In this document: one piece after another, positions 31,318 through 42,957 of the stretch
Numbering within the stretch: the stretch's first letter is position 1
How the letters are laid out: every line of letters starts with the position of its first letter
NCBI GenBank assembly: GCA_018371455.1
Contig: JAHAKV010000005.1
Location: 32,158 to 96,157 of the forward strand
DNA length: 64,000 nt
Direction: 5' to 3'
Source: Campylobacter concisus
Lineage (GTDB): Bacteria > Campylobacterota > Campylobacteria > Campylobacterales > Campylobacteraceae
Position numbers and translations under genes: made by a program
The notes under the pieces: model-generated
Database searches by the model: none
Told to the model about the DNA's origin: nothing
The model's input: the letters and a program-made list of their open reading frames with translations, nothing else

Positions 31318-32814
31318 TTAGTCTTTTTTGCCTTTATTTAGGGATTTTAGCTTAGCATCCATATCAGCTGTAAGCATAGTAAAGACCTTGTTTGTAAGCT
31401 CCTGGGTTAAATCCTTAGCCTCTTGCATAGTCTTTTGGCTAAATTCATTTAAGAGTTTGTCCGCTTTTTTCTTATCTTTTTTGTAAAGTTTTACATACTC
31501 ATCTTCAAATTTAGCCTGTTTTACCGCCAACTCTTTTTCAAATTTAGCGTAAGCCTCTTTAACCACTGGCGAATACTTCTCATAGTCTGTCATCACAAGG
31601 GTTTGAAGCTTTCTATAAACCCAGTAAATCGAAGTATCATCAGCGTCGTATGAGCCATCTGAGTAGCCTTTTATAAAGCCATCAAGCCCCTCGTAATACG
31701 GCAAATAAACGCTAAGATCAGCCATGCCAAGAGCGACGTAGGTTACACGGCCGATCTCTTTTGGTAGCCATGGGCGCACCTGCATGACGTGAGACTCGTA
31801 TGTTCTAAAGACGCTTATAGCGCGGTAGATGTTTTTCTTATCTTCATCTTTACTAGCGTAATTATCAAATGGCGTGCCGTTGTAGTGGGCTCTCATCGCA
31901 GCTTTTAGATCTTCTACACTTAGTTTTTTCTCTGGTTTTAAAAATACTGGGAATTTCTGACCATCGGCAAAGTCTTGTTTTAAGCTTGGGTTAAACATAC
32001 TTTGAACCCAGCAAACACGTGGGTAGTTGTAAGTCACATCTCTCTCATCGTCCCTTGTATAGGCCTTTGTAAAGTTAAATTCGCCATCTTTTGCAGGGTC
32101 ATAAGTCTTGTTGTCGATCGCAAATTTGATAACATCTTTTGCGCCCATAAAATTTGGATCATTCTCTTTGTAAGCGTGTAGTCTGCCTTGGTTTGCAGTG
32201 ACGAAGTATTCATCTTGCGGGATCTTTGAAGCGATCCATTTATGGCCTGTGCCAGTTTCAAAGTACCAAAGCTCGTTTGCGTCGATAAATACCACACCAA
32301 AGCCCTCGCCAGCACCTTTTGTCTCAACTATCTCGCCAAGAAGCTTAACGCCCTCTTTTGCGCTCTTCATACGCGGCAAAAGCACGTCTGGGATGTCGTC
32401 CTCGGTGATACCAGTCTCTTCGTTATATGGGTCGATCTTTAAAAGCTCATCTTTTGCGTAGATAGTCTCAGTGCCACTTAGTCCTACGCCAGCCTCGTTG
32501 TAGCCGACCGCTCCGTGAAGCTTGGTGTGTGAGTTTGCGATAGTTGTGTATCTCATGCCATCTTTTGGAAGCGGATATGTAAAGTCATTTGCGCCATCAT
32601 GGGCCTTTGAGCTGTGCATGCCAGTTTGGTTTTTCGTAGCTGGGTGGATCAAAAAGACTTGAGCTTTTATAGCCTTGCTATCAGCACTTCTAGCCACTAG
32701 CATAGAGCCATCGTTTGAAGCTTTATCTCCTACTAAAATAGTAGTGCATGCCAAGCTACTTGTGCCTAAAATCGCACTCATAGCGACGACTGATGCGAGA
32801 ATTTTGCCTTTCAT
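31318..32814 (-). CDS. Peptidase family C69 dipeptidase (secreted)
   Basis: Signal peptide followed by the C69 N-terminal nucleophile context (LACTTILVG); 498 aa. Confidence 0.8.
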   Translation of the reverse strand: MKGKILASVVAMSAILGTSSLACTTILVGDKASNDGSMLVARSADSKAIKAQVFLIHPATKNQTGMHSSKAHDGANDFTYPLPKDGMRYTTIANSHTKLHGAVGYNEAGVGLSGTETIYAKDELLKIDPYNEETGITEDDIPDVLLPRMKSAKEGVKLLGEIVETKGAGEGFGVVFIDANELWYFETGTGHKWIASKIPQDEYFVTANQGRLHAYKENDPNFMGAKDVIKFAIDNKTYDPAKDGEFNFTKAYTRDDERDVTYNYPRVCWVQSMFNPSLKQDFADGQKFPVFLKPEKKLSVEDLKAAMRAHYNGTPFDNYASKDEDKKNIYRAISVFRTYESHVMQVRPWLPKEIGRVTYVALGMADLSVYLPYYEGLDGFIKGYSDGSYDADDTSIYWVYRKLQTLVMTDYEKYSPVVKEAYAKFEKELAVKQAKFEDEYVKLYKKDKKKADKLLNEFSQKTMQEAKDLTQELTNKVFTMLTADMDAKLKSLNKGKKD

Positions 32815-33015
32815 TTTTACTCCTTTAGTAAAATAAAATTTTCATATGTAATTATATGCCAAATTTAATATTTTAGTTCTAAATTTTAAAACTTTTTTAA
32901 GTTAAATGTAAATTTATTGCAAATTTTGTCTAAGTGAAATTTAAATTTTCTAAAGGATTTTTCGCTATAATCCAAATCTTACGCACTTGCGTATAAAATT
33001 TCAAAAAGGATTAGC

Positions 33016-33207
33016 ATGCCAAAGATGAAAACCGTTCGCGGTGCTGCTAAGCGCTTTAAAGTAGGTAAAAATAAGATAAAAAGAGGCTCTGCTTTTAGAA
33101 GCCATATCTTAACAAAAAAACCTAGTAAGCGTATGAGAGATTTGCGTGGCCCACAATACGTGGATAGCACAAATGTCCCAGCCGTTCGCAAAATGCTCGG
33201 CGTATAA
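33016..33207 (+). CDS. rpmI: 50S ribosomal protein L35
   Basis: [16 protein letters not shown]…. Confidence 0.9.
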   Translation: MPKMKTVRGAAKRFKVGKNKIKRGSAFRSHILTKKPSKRMRDLRGPQYVDSTNVPAVRKMLGV

Positions 33208-33305
33208 GCAGCGTAGATTTAAGTTTTTGACAAAAAGTCATTCAAACTCCCCCAAATTTAGGGGCAAGACTCACCTTGTGAGCGCCAATTTGTAAAAGGA
33301 TAAAT

Positions 33306-33662
33306 ATGGCAAGAGTAAAAACAGGCGTAGTTAGAAGAAGACGCCATAAGAAAGTTTTAAAGCTAGCACGTGGCTTTTTCAGTGCTAGACATAAACACTT
33401 TAGAAAAGCTAAAGAGCAACTAGAGAGAAGTTTAGTTTATGCATACCGCGACAGACGCCAGAAAAAACGTGATTTCAGACGTTTATGGATTGTTCGTATA
33501 AACGCAGCTTGCAGACTAAACGACATTAGCTATTCAAGATTTATCAACGGCTTAAACAAAGCTAACATAGAACTTGATAGAAAAATTTTAGCTGATCTAG
33601 CTATGAATGACGCGAAGGCATTTGCGGCACTTGCAAAACAAGCAAAAGATGCTTTGAAATAA
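33306..33662 (+). CDS. rplT: 50S ribosomal protein L20
   Basis: [24 protein letters not shown]…. Confidence 0.92.
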   Translation: MARVKTGVVRRRRHKKVLKLARGFFSARHKHFRKAKEQLERSLVYAYRDRRQKKRDFRRLWIVRINAACRLNDISYSRFINGLNKANIELDRKILADLAMNDAKAFAALAKQAKDALK

Positions 33663-33670
33663 CACCTTTT

Positions 33671-33699
33671 CTCCGCTTCGGCGGAGATCTTCTTTTTTA
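33671..33699 (+). terminator. Rho-independent terminator after rplT
   Basis: ctccgcttcggcggag hairpin followed by atcttctttttt. Confidence 0.7.
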
Positions 33700-34072
33700 T
33701 ACACTTTAAATTTTAATAACAAAATCTCTAAAAACTCTTTGTTTTAATTTACTACCCGCGACTTTTACAAACTACTAGCCAAATTTAACTACTAGCAGCC
33801 AAAATAGCTAAATTTCAATACTCATATAAAAGCAGTATTTCAAAGCTTCAGTAAATAAAATTTCGGCGGAGATTTTTACACCCCACTAAATTTCATATAA
33901 ATTAATTCTTGAGATATTTAAGTAGCTAAACTCTTAAATGGTTTGTATTTAAATTTTAATCAGTACCGCTGCAAATTTAGTTCGGCCATTAAGTGCAAAT
34001 TTAGTGATATAAATTTGAAAATTTGTTTGCTCTGACTAACCCAAAGCAAGCGTTAGAAGCTCGCTCTAAAAG

Positions 34073-34816
34073 CTAAATTTCGATACTCGTATCAAAGCAG
34101 TGTTTAACTGCTCCGCTAAATAAGATTTTGCCGTTTTCTAGCCTAAGGCCAAGCTCTTCGCCGCTTTTTGGATAGACTTTTAGACATTGTGCTGCGTTTA
34201 AATTTAAAGTAGCGCCGTAAAAGCAAGCCGCCATGCCAGTGCCACAAGCTAGCGTCTCGTCCTCCACGCCCCTTTCGTAGGTTCTTACTTTTAAAACACC
34301 GCCATCAAATTTGGCTAAATTTACATTTGCATTGTATTTTTGGCGAAGCACCCTGCACTCTTTGACGTCAAATTCATCTAAATTTTGCGTGAAATTTACA
34401 AGATGAGGCACGCCAGTATCGTAAAAGTACCAAGTTTTGCCACCTTCATTTAGTGGTTCGCTTAAAATTTTTGGGCTTGTTAGCACGACCTCGACGCACT
34501 CATCTTTCACGCTTGCCATCACCTCACCGCTGCCAGTTAGCAGAGCAAATTCGCTTGAACTTACAAGGCCGTTTAGATAGGCATATCTAGCAGCCGCACG
34601 CGAGCCGTTGCCACACATCGCAGCGTAGCTTCCGTCGCTGTTATAAAACTCCCATTTCACGCCCTTTTCGTAAGGCAAAAGCACGATGAGCCCGTCAGCT
34701 CCCACGCCGTTTGTTCTGCTGCAAATCTGCCTTGCAAGCTCGCTTCTATCTTTGCTCAAAAATGTGTGAAATATGACAAAATCGTTGCCGCTGGCGTTAT
34801 ATTTTGAGACTTGCAT
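34073..34816 (-). CDS. dapF: Diaminopimelate epimerase
   Basis: MQVSKYNASGNDFVIF N-terminus and the active-site Cys contexts (CGNGSRAAARYA; ACGTGMAA). Confidence 0.9.
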   Translation of the reverse strand: MQVSKYNASGNDFVIFHTFLSKDRSELARQICSRTNGVGADGLIVLLPYEKGVKWEFYNSDGSYAAMCGNGSRAAARYAYLNGLVSSSEFALLTGSGEVMASVKDECVEVVLTSPKILSEPLNEGGKTWYFYDTGVPHLVNFTQNLDEFDVKECRVLRQKYNANVNLAKFDGGVLKVRTYERGVEDETLACGTGMAACFYGATLNLNAAQCLKVYPKSGEELGLRLENGKILFSGAVKHCFDTSIEI

Positions 34817-34891
34817 GAGCCATCCTTCTTTTTTTTGCTTGATTTTACTAAAATTTAGGTAAGAGTTATTAATAAATTTAAAGGAGCCACT

Positions 34892-35512
34892 TTGAAGAGC
34901 TACATCTTAAATTTAGAAAAAGAGTTTTCTTTGATAGAAAATGGCTTTAAAGAGCAAGAAAAAAGGGCCTTGGCTGACTATAAAGCAAAGGGAGCTGCGC
35001 ACTGCAAAGAGCTTGCACGCTTAGCATACAGTTCGGAGGTCTATCAAGTGCGGATGTATGCGGTTTTTCTCTTTGGGCACCTATCAGATAGTGAAGAAAT
35101 TTTGACGTTTATGAGAGATGAAATTTCAAAAGATGAAAACTGGAGGGTTCAAGAGGTGCTAGCAAAGGCGTTTGACGAGTTTTGCAAGAAAATTGGCTAC
35201 GAGCAGGCACTTTTAACGATCGATGAATGGCTAAAAAATGGCAACGCAAATGCAAAAAGAGCCGTAAGCGAGGGCCTTAGGATATGGACAAATAGACCCT
35301 ATTTTAAAGATAATCCAAGCGAGGCCATTAGGCGTCTAGCCAGCTTAAAAGGAGACGAGAGCGAGTATCTTAGAAAGTCGGTTGGCAATGCAATAAAAGA
35401 TATAAGCAAGAAATTTCCAAATTTAGTAAAAACCGAGCTTGATAGCTGGGATTTGGATAGTAAAGAGGCCATGCAAACATATAAATTTGCTAGTAAATTT
35501 ATCAAGAAATAG
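34892..35512 (+). CDS. DNA alkylation repair protein (AlkC/AlkD-like HEAT-repeat family)
   Basis: HEAT-like repeats with the DNA_alkylation family pattern (…VRMYAVFLFG…WRVQEVLAKAFDEF…). Confidence 0.55.
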   Translation: MKSYILNLEKEFSLIENGFKEQEKRALADYKAKGAAHCKELARLAYSSEVYQVRMYAVFLFGHLSDSEEILTFMRDEISKDENWRVQEVLAKAFDEFCKKIGYEQALLTIDEWLKNGNANAKRAVSEGLRIWTNRPYFKDNPSEAIRRLASLKGDESEYLRKSVGNAIKDISKKFPNLVKTELDSWDLDSKEAMQTYKFASKFIKK

Positions 35513-36143
35513 CGCAAATTTGGCCTAGAAATTTCTCTAGCTCAAGCTTTAAATGCTCCATGTCGCTGCTATTATCTATAACAAATTTTGCCATTTTTCG
35601 CTTTTGCTCTATATCCATCTGAAGCCCTACTCTAGCTTTTGCAGCTTCTAAATTTAGAGCATTTCGGTTCATTAGACGGCTTAGCAAAAGCTCTTTTGGC
35701 GCGTAGATCACGGCTACATTTTTAAATTCGCTGTAACGCTCCTTTTTTTCAAAAAACAAAGGGATATCGACAAAATAAACTTGCCCCAAACCCTCAAACT
35801 GCGAAGCTTTGAAAAAAATTTCAGCTTTTATCTTTGGATGTAAAATTTGCTCTAAATTTTTAAGCTTTTTTGGCTCGTTAAAGACGATAACACCCAGTTT
35901 TTTGCGATCTATCTTACCAGCCTCATCTAAAATTTGCTCGCCAAAAACTTCTACTATCTCTCGTTTGCAAATTTCAAGCTGCTCGTGCGCGATCAAGTCC
36001 GCGTCGATCACACTAAAACCTCGCTCTTTTAGTAAATTTACAACCGTGCTTTTGCCACTAGCGATCGAGCCTGTGATGACGTAGGCGTTTGGAAAATTCT
36101 GCAAACTCGCTCCATTTTTGAAAATTGATAACAATTTTAGCAA
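35502..36143 (-). CDS. coaE: Dephospho-CoA kinase
   Basis: P-loop ITGSIASGKSTV; about 200 aa. Confidence 0.85.
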   Translation of the reverse strand: MLKLLSIFKNGASLQNFPNAYVITGSIASGKSTVVNLLKERGFSVIDADLIAHEQLEICKREIVEVFGEQILDEAGKIDRKKLGVIVFNEPKKLKNLEQILHPKIKAEIFFKASQFEGLGQVYFVDIPLFFEKKERYSEFKNVAVIYAPKELLLSRLMNRNALNLEAAKARVGLQMDIEQKRKMAKFVIDNSSDMEHLKLELEKFLGQICAIS

Positions 36144-36183
36144 CTTTTGGCTAAAGTTTTAAAAAATAACCAAAAGGGTAAAA

Positions 36184-37167
36184 ATGATAAGTTATAAAGA
36201 TGCCGGAGTCGATATAGATGCTGGAAATAGCTTTGTTGAGGCGATCAAGCCTTTCGTAAAATCTACGCAAACACCAAACGTCATAGGCGGCATCGGGTCA
36301 TTTTCAGGTGCGGTCAGACTGCCAAGCGGATATAAAAATCCAGCCATTTTAGGCGCGACCGACGGCGTTGGCACGAAGCTTCGTCTAGCTATCGACGCTA
36401 AGAAATTTGACGGCGTGGGCGAGGATCTAGTCGCTATGTGCGTAAATGACCTCATCTGCAACTTTGCCACACCACTCTTTTTCCTCGACTACTACGCAAC
36501 CGCAAAGCTTGAGATAGAGAGCGCCAAAGAGGTGGTAAAAAGCATCGCAAATGGCTGCAAAAAGGCGCAGTGCGCGCTAATAGGCGGTGAGACAGCTGAG
36601 ATGCCGTCAATGTATGAAAAGGGCGACTTTGACCTTGCTGGATTTGCCGTGGGTATCGCTGAGGCTGACGAGATCGACAGGAGCAAATTTGTAAAATCTG
36701 GTGACGTTTTAGTCGCACTTCCAAGCAGTGGCCTGCACTCAAATGGCTTCTCTCTTGCAAGAAAAGTGGTAAGCGAGCTTGGGCTAAAATTTGATGAAAA
36801 AGTGGGCGATAAAAAACTTATCGACGTGCTTCTTGAGCCAACTAGAATTTATGTGAGCGACTTTTTAAACTTAAAAGATAAGATCACAGCGATGGCGCAT
36901 ATAACAGGTGGTGGCATAGTTGAAAACTTGCCTCGCGTCTTCCCTGCTGGACTTGGCGCGAAGGTGCAAAAAAGCGCTATAAAAACGCCTGAAATTTTTA
37001 AAATCCTAGCTCAAAAAGTAGAAGATAGCGAGATGATGAGGACATTTAACATGGGCGTTGGCATGATCCTTGTTGTGCCTAAAGAAAACGTTGATGCTGT
37101 CTTAGCAAATAGCGATGGCTACGTGATCGGCGAAGTGGTAAGTGGCAAAGGTGTTGAGCTAGTTTGA
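36184..37167 (+). CDS. purM: Phosphoribosylformylglycinamidine cyclo-ligase (AIR synthetase)
   Basis: MISYKDAGVDIDAGN N-terminus and the AIRS/PurM fold. Confidence 0.92.
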   Translation: MISYKDAGVDIDAGNSFVEAIKPFVKSTQTPNVIGGIGSFSGAVRLPSGYKNPAILGATDGVGTKLRLAIDAKKFDGVGEDLVAMCVNDLICNFATPLFFLDYYATAKLEIESAKEVVKSIANGCKKAQCALIGGETAEMPSMYEKGDFDLAGFAVGIAEADEIDRSKFVKSGDVLVALPSSGLHSNGFSLARKVVSELGLKFDEKVGDKKLIDVLLEPTRIYVSDFLNLKDKITAMAHITGGGIVENLPRVFPAGLGAKVQKSAIKTPEIFKILAQKVEDSEMMRTFNMGVGMILVVPKENVDAVLANSDGYVIGEVVSGKGVELV

Positions 37168-37365
37168 TGCAAGATCTTAGCAAAAAACGCCTGCTAAGAT
37201 CAAAAATCTTAGTTTTTTTATAGGCTGTTTTGCGTGCTAAAAGGGCGAGATAAAAAAGCTTGATCTTTATAATCACTGGGCGAGGTCTCGCGCACCTCTA
37301 CTATGCTTTGCGTCACGCATGATGTTGAGAAATTTAACCGAATTTTATAAAAATAGGAAAGTAAC

Positions 37366-37785
37366 TTGTCAAAGCAAAAGGCGAAAATCGCACCGATCTG
37401 GGCTAGAGTAAAGGCCTCTATCATCGATCTTTTCATCATCGGCATGCCGATATTTTACGCCACGACCTATCTTTTGCTTGACGGCAAAGAGGCGTTTTTG
37501 CACAACCAGCTTGCGATCTTTGGCGTAAATAGTCTCATCTCATTTATAATGTGCCTATTTTTTAGTATAAAAGCGCAAACTCCAGGCTACAAAGCACAAG
37601 AAATTTATCTCATAAATTTACAAACCGGCAAAAAACTAGGCCTTTTTCACGCGATCTTGCGTCAAATTTGCTTTGCATTTGCTGGCTTTAGCATCATCGG
37701 ACTTTGCCTTTGCTTTTTTAGAAAAGACAAATTAAATTTACACGACATCATAACCCACTCAGCCGCCGTGCAAAAAGCAGCTTAA
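37366..37785 (+). CDS. RDD family membrane protein
   Basis: RDD-type topology and the C-terminal HDIITHSAAV motif; TTG start. Confidence 0.55.
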   Translation: MSKQKAKIAPIWARVKASIIDLFIIGMPIFYATTYLLLDGKEAFLHNQLAIFGVNSLISFIMCLFFSIKAQTPGYKAQEIYLINLQTGKKLGLFHAILRQICFAFAGFSIIGLCLCFFRKDKLNLHDIITHSAAVQKAA

Positions 37786-38148
37786 ATTTATTTCACTCCG
37801 TGCCAAAGTAGACCGCTTTTACCTAGTTTTGTGTCGATACTCTCTTTTATAATGGAGTAAATATGCTCTTTAAAAGCCCTATGTCTTGCACTTTACAGGG
37901 TAGCAAGCAGGTGCCACTAAGAAGTTACAAAGCGGACTAATCTATGCTCTTAATTTTTTATCTTGGCAACAGCTTTATCACAAAATAATGTACATTTATC
38001 AATGTAAATTTAGCTGATGAATTGTTGTTTCAAATTTTTGGTCACAAATCGCCTAAGCTAGCTAGATAAATAGAGAAAAATCAAGGTCAAAAACGAGAAA
38101 ATTTAACTACAAGCCACGAAAAATTTTTGATTAAATTTAGGGTGAAAT

Positions 38149-38583
38149 TTAAGCGCTTTGCGAGTAGAGTTTGACCTCGTTTATCAAAAACTCATAGACT
38201 CTTTGTTGTACTAAAATTTCCTCCTCGCAACCACTCATCAAGCGGCGAAGGTGCGAAAAGTCTATCTTTTTAGCATATCTTTTGTGATCTTTCATATCTT
38301 TATCTATGCTTAAAAGAAGCGTGTCAAGCGTGATCCTATCGTTTCTTTTGACCCTTGCCACGTACTCTCTAACGGTTTGGATTAAGAAGTCTTTTCTAGT
38401 TTGATCGTTTTCATAAATTTCATTTACGATGTCATTTAAAATGGAAAAATCATCCTCATCTGGGTCAAATTTAGCCGAGATAATCGCAGCAAAAATTTTG
38501 GCACGAAACTCTAAAGACTTGTGATGATAGACAAAAAAATCTCTAAAGGCCGATAAAAAACGAAGTTTGATCTTTCCTGACAT
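38149..38583 (-). CDS. Hypothetical protein
   Basis: 144 aa ORF, helical and charged, no recognisable motif. Confidence 0.4.
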   Translation of the reverse strand: MSGKIKLRFLSAFRDFFVYHHKSLEFRAKIFAAIISAKFDPDEDDFSILNDIVNEIYENDQTRKDFLIQTVREYVARVKRNDRITLDTLLLSIDKDMKDHKRYAKKIDFSHLRRLMSGCEEEILVQQRVYEFLINEVKLYSQSA

Positions 38584-38699
38584 TGCCCTACTTTTGGTGA
38601 AATTTATGTGAGATTATATACTTTTAAAGCTAAATTTTTAAAAATGTAACTATAAAACTAAATTTAAGTATAGTTTTTGTATGATTGCGAAGCTCCTTC

Positions 38700-38800
38700 T
38701 TAGACCTGTGCAATGCTTTTTATGAGCACCGCTTCAGGGTGGGAACACAGCAGAGCACTTGTATTAAGTGTGTGCCGCAGTCATCTGAGAGGGGGTCTTT
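38700..38800 (+). ncRNA. Candidate small SRP RNA (4.5S, ffs); tentative
   Basis: GC-rich island in an AT-rich spacer. It contains UUCAGG-GUG-GGAA-CAC-AGCAG, which matches SRP RNA domain IV (UCAGG…GNRA tetraloop…AGCAG) with identical spacing. The outer helix could not be verified by eye. Confidence 0.3.
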
Positions 38801-40016
38801 CTAAACCAAAATGCTCATTAAAATCATCGCAAATTTCTAAAAAATCCACTCCGTCGATCTTAGGTTTTTCACTAAAAAATTTATACATATTATTAAAGCC
38901 ATCAGTTAGCTCTTTTGACTTGACGCCATAGCTTATGGAAATTCCAGCTTCGATGTAGGCTGAGAGCTTATCGCAGTATTTTAGCGCTTTGCCATCTATC
39001 GGGTTAAATTTATCCTCATTTACATTCTCCATAGTCCCTTCGTGGCAGATGATCTTGCGCTCGTAAGTCCTATTTTCAAACTCATCTTTTATAAATTTCT
39101 CGCCATCTTTTCTGATGCCAAGGATGTAGCTAAACTCATCTTTGATCTTTTCAGGCACAAATGGCAAAATCCTCTCATCAATAAGCCTCATCTCATACTC
39201 GCTAATGATCTCATTTAGCCCCTTTACGCCGTATTTTACAGGGCTTATGATATCCCTTGTAAGGCTCTCTGGCAAGTCGTGAAATAGTGCGCAAAAGAAG
39301 TTATTTTCTAAGCGTTTTTTGCAAGCTTTTGCTTTTAGCGAGTAAAAGTAGCTTAGTATCGCAACAACTAGCATATGTCCTAAGACCGCAGTTTCAGGGA
39401 TGCGTGGCGTTTGTGCCCAGCGCTTTTGAAACCTTAGCCTGCCACTTAGATCAACAAGGCGGGCTAATTTTTGATTCATAGCGATCTTTCTAACGCCAAT
39501 TAACTCGTAATAATCCTCCATCTCCTCCTCAACCTTAGCTTTAAGCTCGTCGATATCGCTTAAAAACTGGCTCGTTTGATAGACGATAGAAAATTCCCAC
39601 CTCGTGGCAAGATAGCTAGCTGCTTTTAGTATAAGGCGCTCTTTTTCGTGGCTTTTGTCGTTTTTATAGTGGTTTTTAAATCTCTCTAAAAACTCGCCAC
39701 CTTCGATATCTAAGATGAGCGTCTCAAGGTTACTTAAAACCCAACTATTTATCTGCTCTTTTTTTGTCTTTTGGATGTGGTGAAAGACGTCAGGGCGTAT
39801 GTCTGTGACTACGACCCTGCTTAAAAACTCAAAAATTCCAGCCTCTATGATGTAGTTCATATCGGCGTCTTGCTCTTGTTTTGCTATAAAATAAGCGATG
39901 ATAAATTTATGAGCCTGCTTGTCAAGCTCAACTAAATTTGTCATCTTTGGATAGTCGTTCCAACGTGATATAGATGCTGCTTTAAAGATATGTTCTATAA
40001 GCTTAGCACTTATCAT
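38781..40016 (-). CDS. HD-domain metal-dependent phosphohydrolase
   Basis: H…HD…D motif (VLGHMLVVAIL…FFCALFHDLPESLTRD); 411 aa. Its start overlaps the queF stop. Confidence 0.65.
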   Translation of the reverse strand: MISAKLIEHIFKAASISRWNDYPKMTNLVELDKQAHKFIIAYFIAKQEQDADMNYIIEAGIFEFLSRVVVTDIRPDVFHHIQKTKKEQINSWVLSNLETLILDIEGGEFLERFKNHYKNDKSHEKERLILKAASYLATRWEFSIVYQTSQFLSDIDELKAKVEEEMEDYYELIGVRKIAMNQKLARLVDLSGRLRFQKRWAQTPRIPETAVLGHMLVVAILSYFYSLKAKACKKRLENNFFCALFHDLPESLTRDIISPVKYGVKGLNEIISEYEMRLIDERILPFVPEKIKDEFSYILGIRKDGEKFIKDEFENRTYERKIICHEGTMENVNEDKFNPIDGKALKYCDKLSAYIEAGISISYGVKSKELTDGFNNMYKFFSEKPKIDGVDFLEICDDFNEHFGLERPPLR

Positions 40017-40612
40017 TATTTATCCTTTTTGACTACTTTTGGCTTCTTATCATCGGCGTAGCTTATCTTTCTAAAGCCCTCTTTATTTGAGCTTCTTCTT
40101 GGCTTGTCATCTTTTTTAAATTTATCATCTCTGCTGCCTCTGCTACGTCTCTCACGCGCTTTGTCACTAAAGCTTCTCTCCCTACTTCTTGGAGCGTATT
40201 CTTTCTCTTCAGCTGGCTTTTTTACCACTAGATCAGAGCTGATCTCGATAACCGTATGGACATTTCCACGTGGGTTAAAGTCACCAACTATCTTCATAAA
40301 TTTAGGCTCAAGTTTTTTCTCTAAAACAGAGTAAATTTCATTTATACTATCTTCGTGGCTGATGTTGCGGTTCATAAAGCTATTTATATAAAGCTTTATC
40401 GCTTTTAGCTCAACAACTAGCTTATTTGGGATATACTCAAGGTATATGGTCGCAAAGTCAGGATAACCAGAGCGAGGGCAAAGGCAGCAAAACTCAGGCA
40501 GAGTGATCTTTATGACATAGTCCCTTGTTTGCTTATTTTCCCAGACCTCAAGGTCACTCTCTACGTCAAATTCTTTTAAAATTTTCTCACCATACTTCAT
40601 CTCTTCGCTCAT
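40016..40612 (-). CDS. queF: NADPH-dependent 7-cyano-7-deazaguanine reductase (QueF) with an unusual Lys/Arg-rich C-terminal extension
   Basis: A QueF type-I core (…LPEFCCLCPRSGYPDFATIYLEYIP…GDFNPRGNVHTVIE) of about 130 aa, followed by about 65 aa of low-complexity basic tail (RSRERSFSDKARERRSRGSRDDKFKKDDKPRR…). Confidence 0.85.
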   Translation of the reverse strand: MSEEMKYGEKILKEFDVESDLEVWENKQTRDYVIKITLPEFCCLCPRSGYPDFATIYLEYIPNKLVVELKAIKLYINSFMNRNISHEDSINEIYSVLEKKLEPKFMKIVGDFNPRGNVHTVIEISSDLVVKKPAEEKEYAPRSRERSFSDKARERRSRGSRDDKFKKDDKPRRSSNKEGFRKISYADDKKPKVVKKDK

Positions 40613-40630
40613 TCTTTATCCTTTTTTCTT

Positions 40631-42952
<2,322 letters not shown>

Positions 42953-42957
42953 TTAAC

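Noticed and set aside
36192-36760. Antisense ORFs inside purM
   Set aside because: They are embedded in the purM frame and have Arg/Ser-rich translations typical of antisense reading.
38700-38800. GC-rich island as a fragment of rRNA or tmRNA
   Set aside because: It is too short and has no flanking rRNA/tmRNA signatures. The UCAGG/GGAA/AGCAG pattern fits SRP RNA better, and that is reported as tentative.
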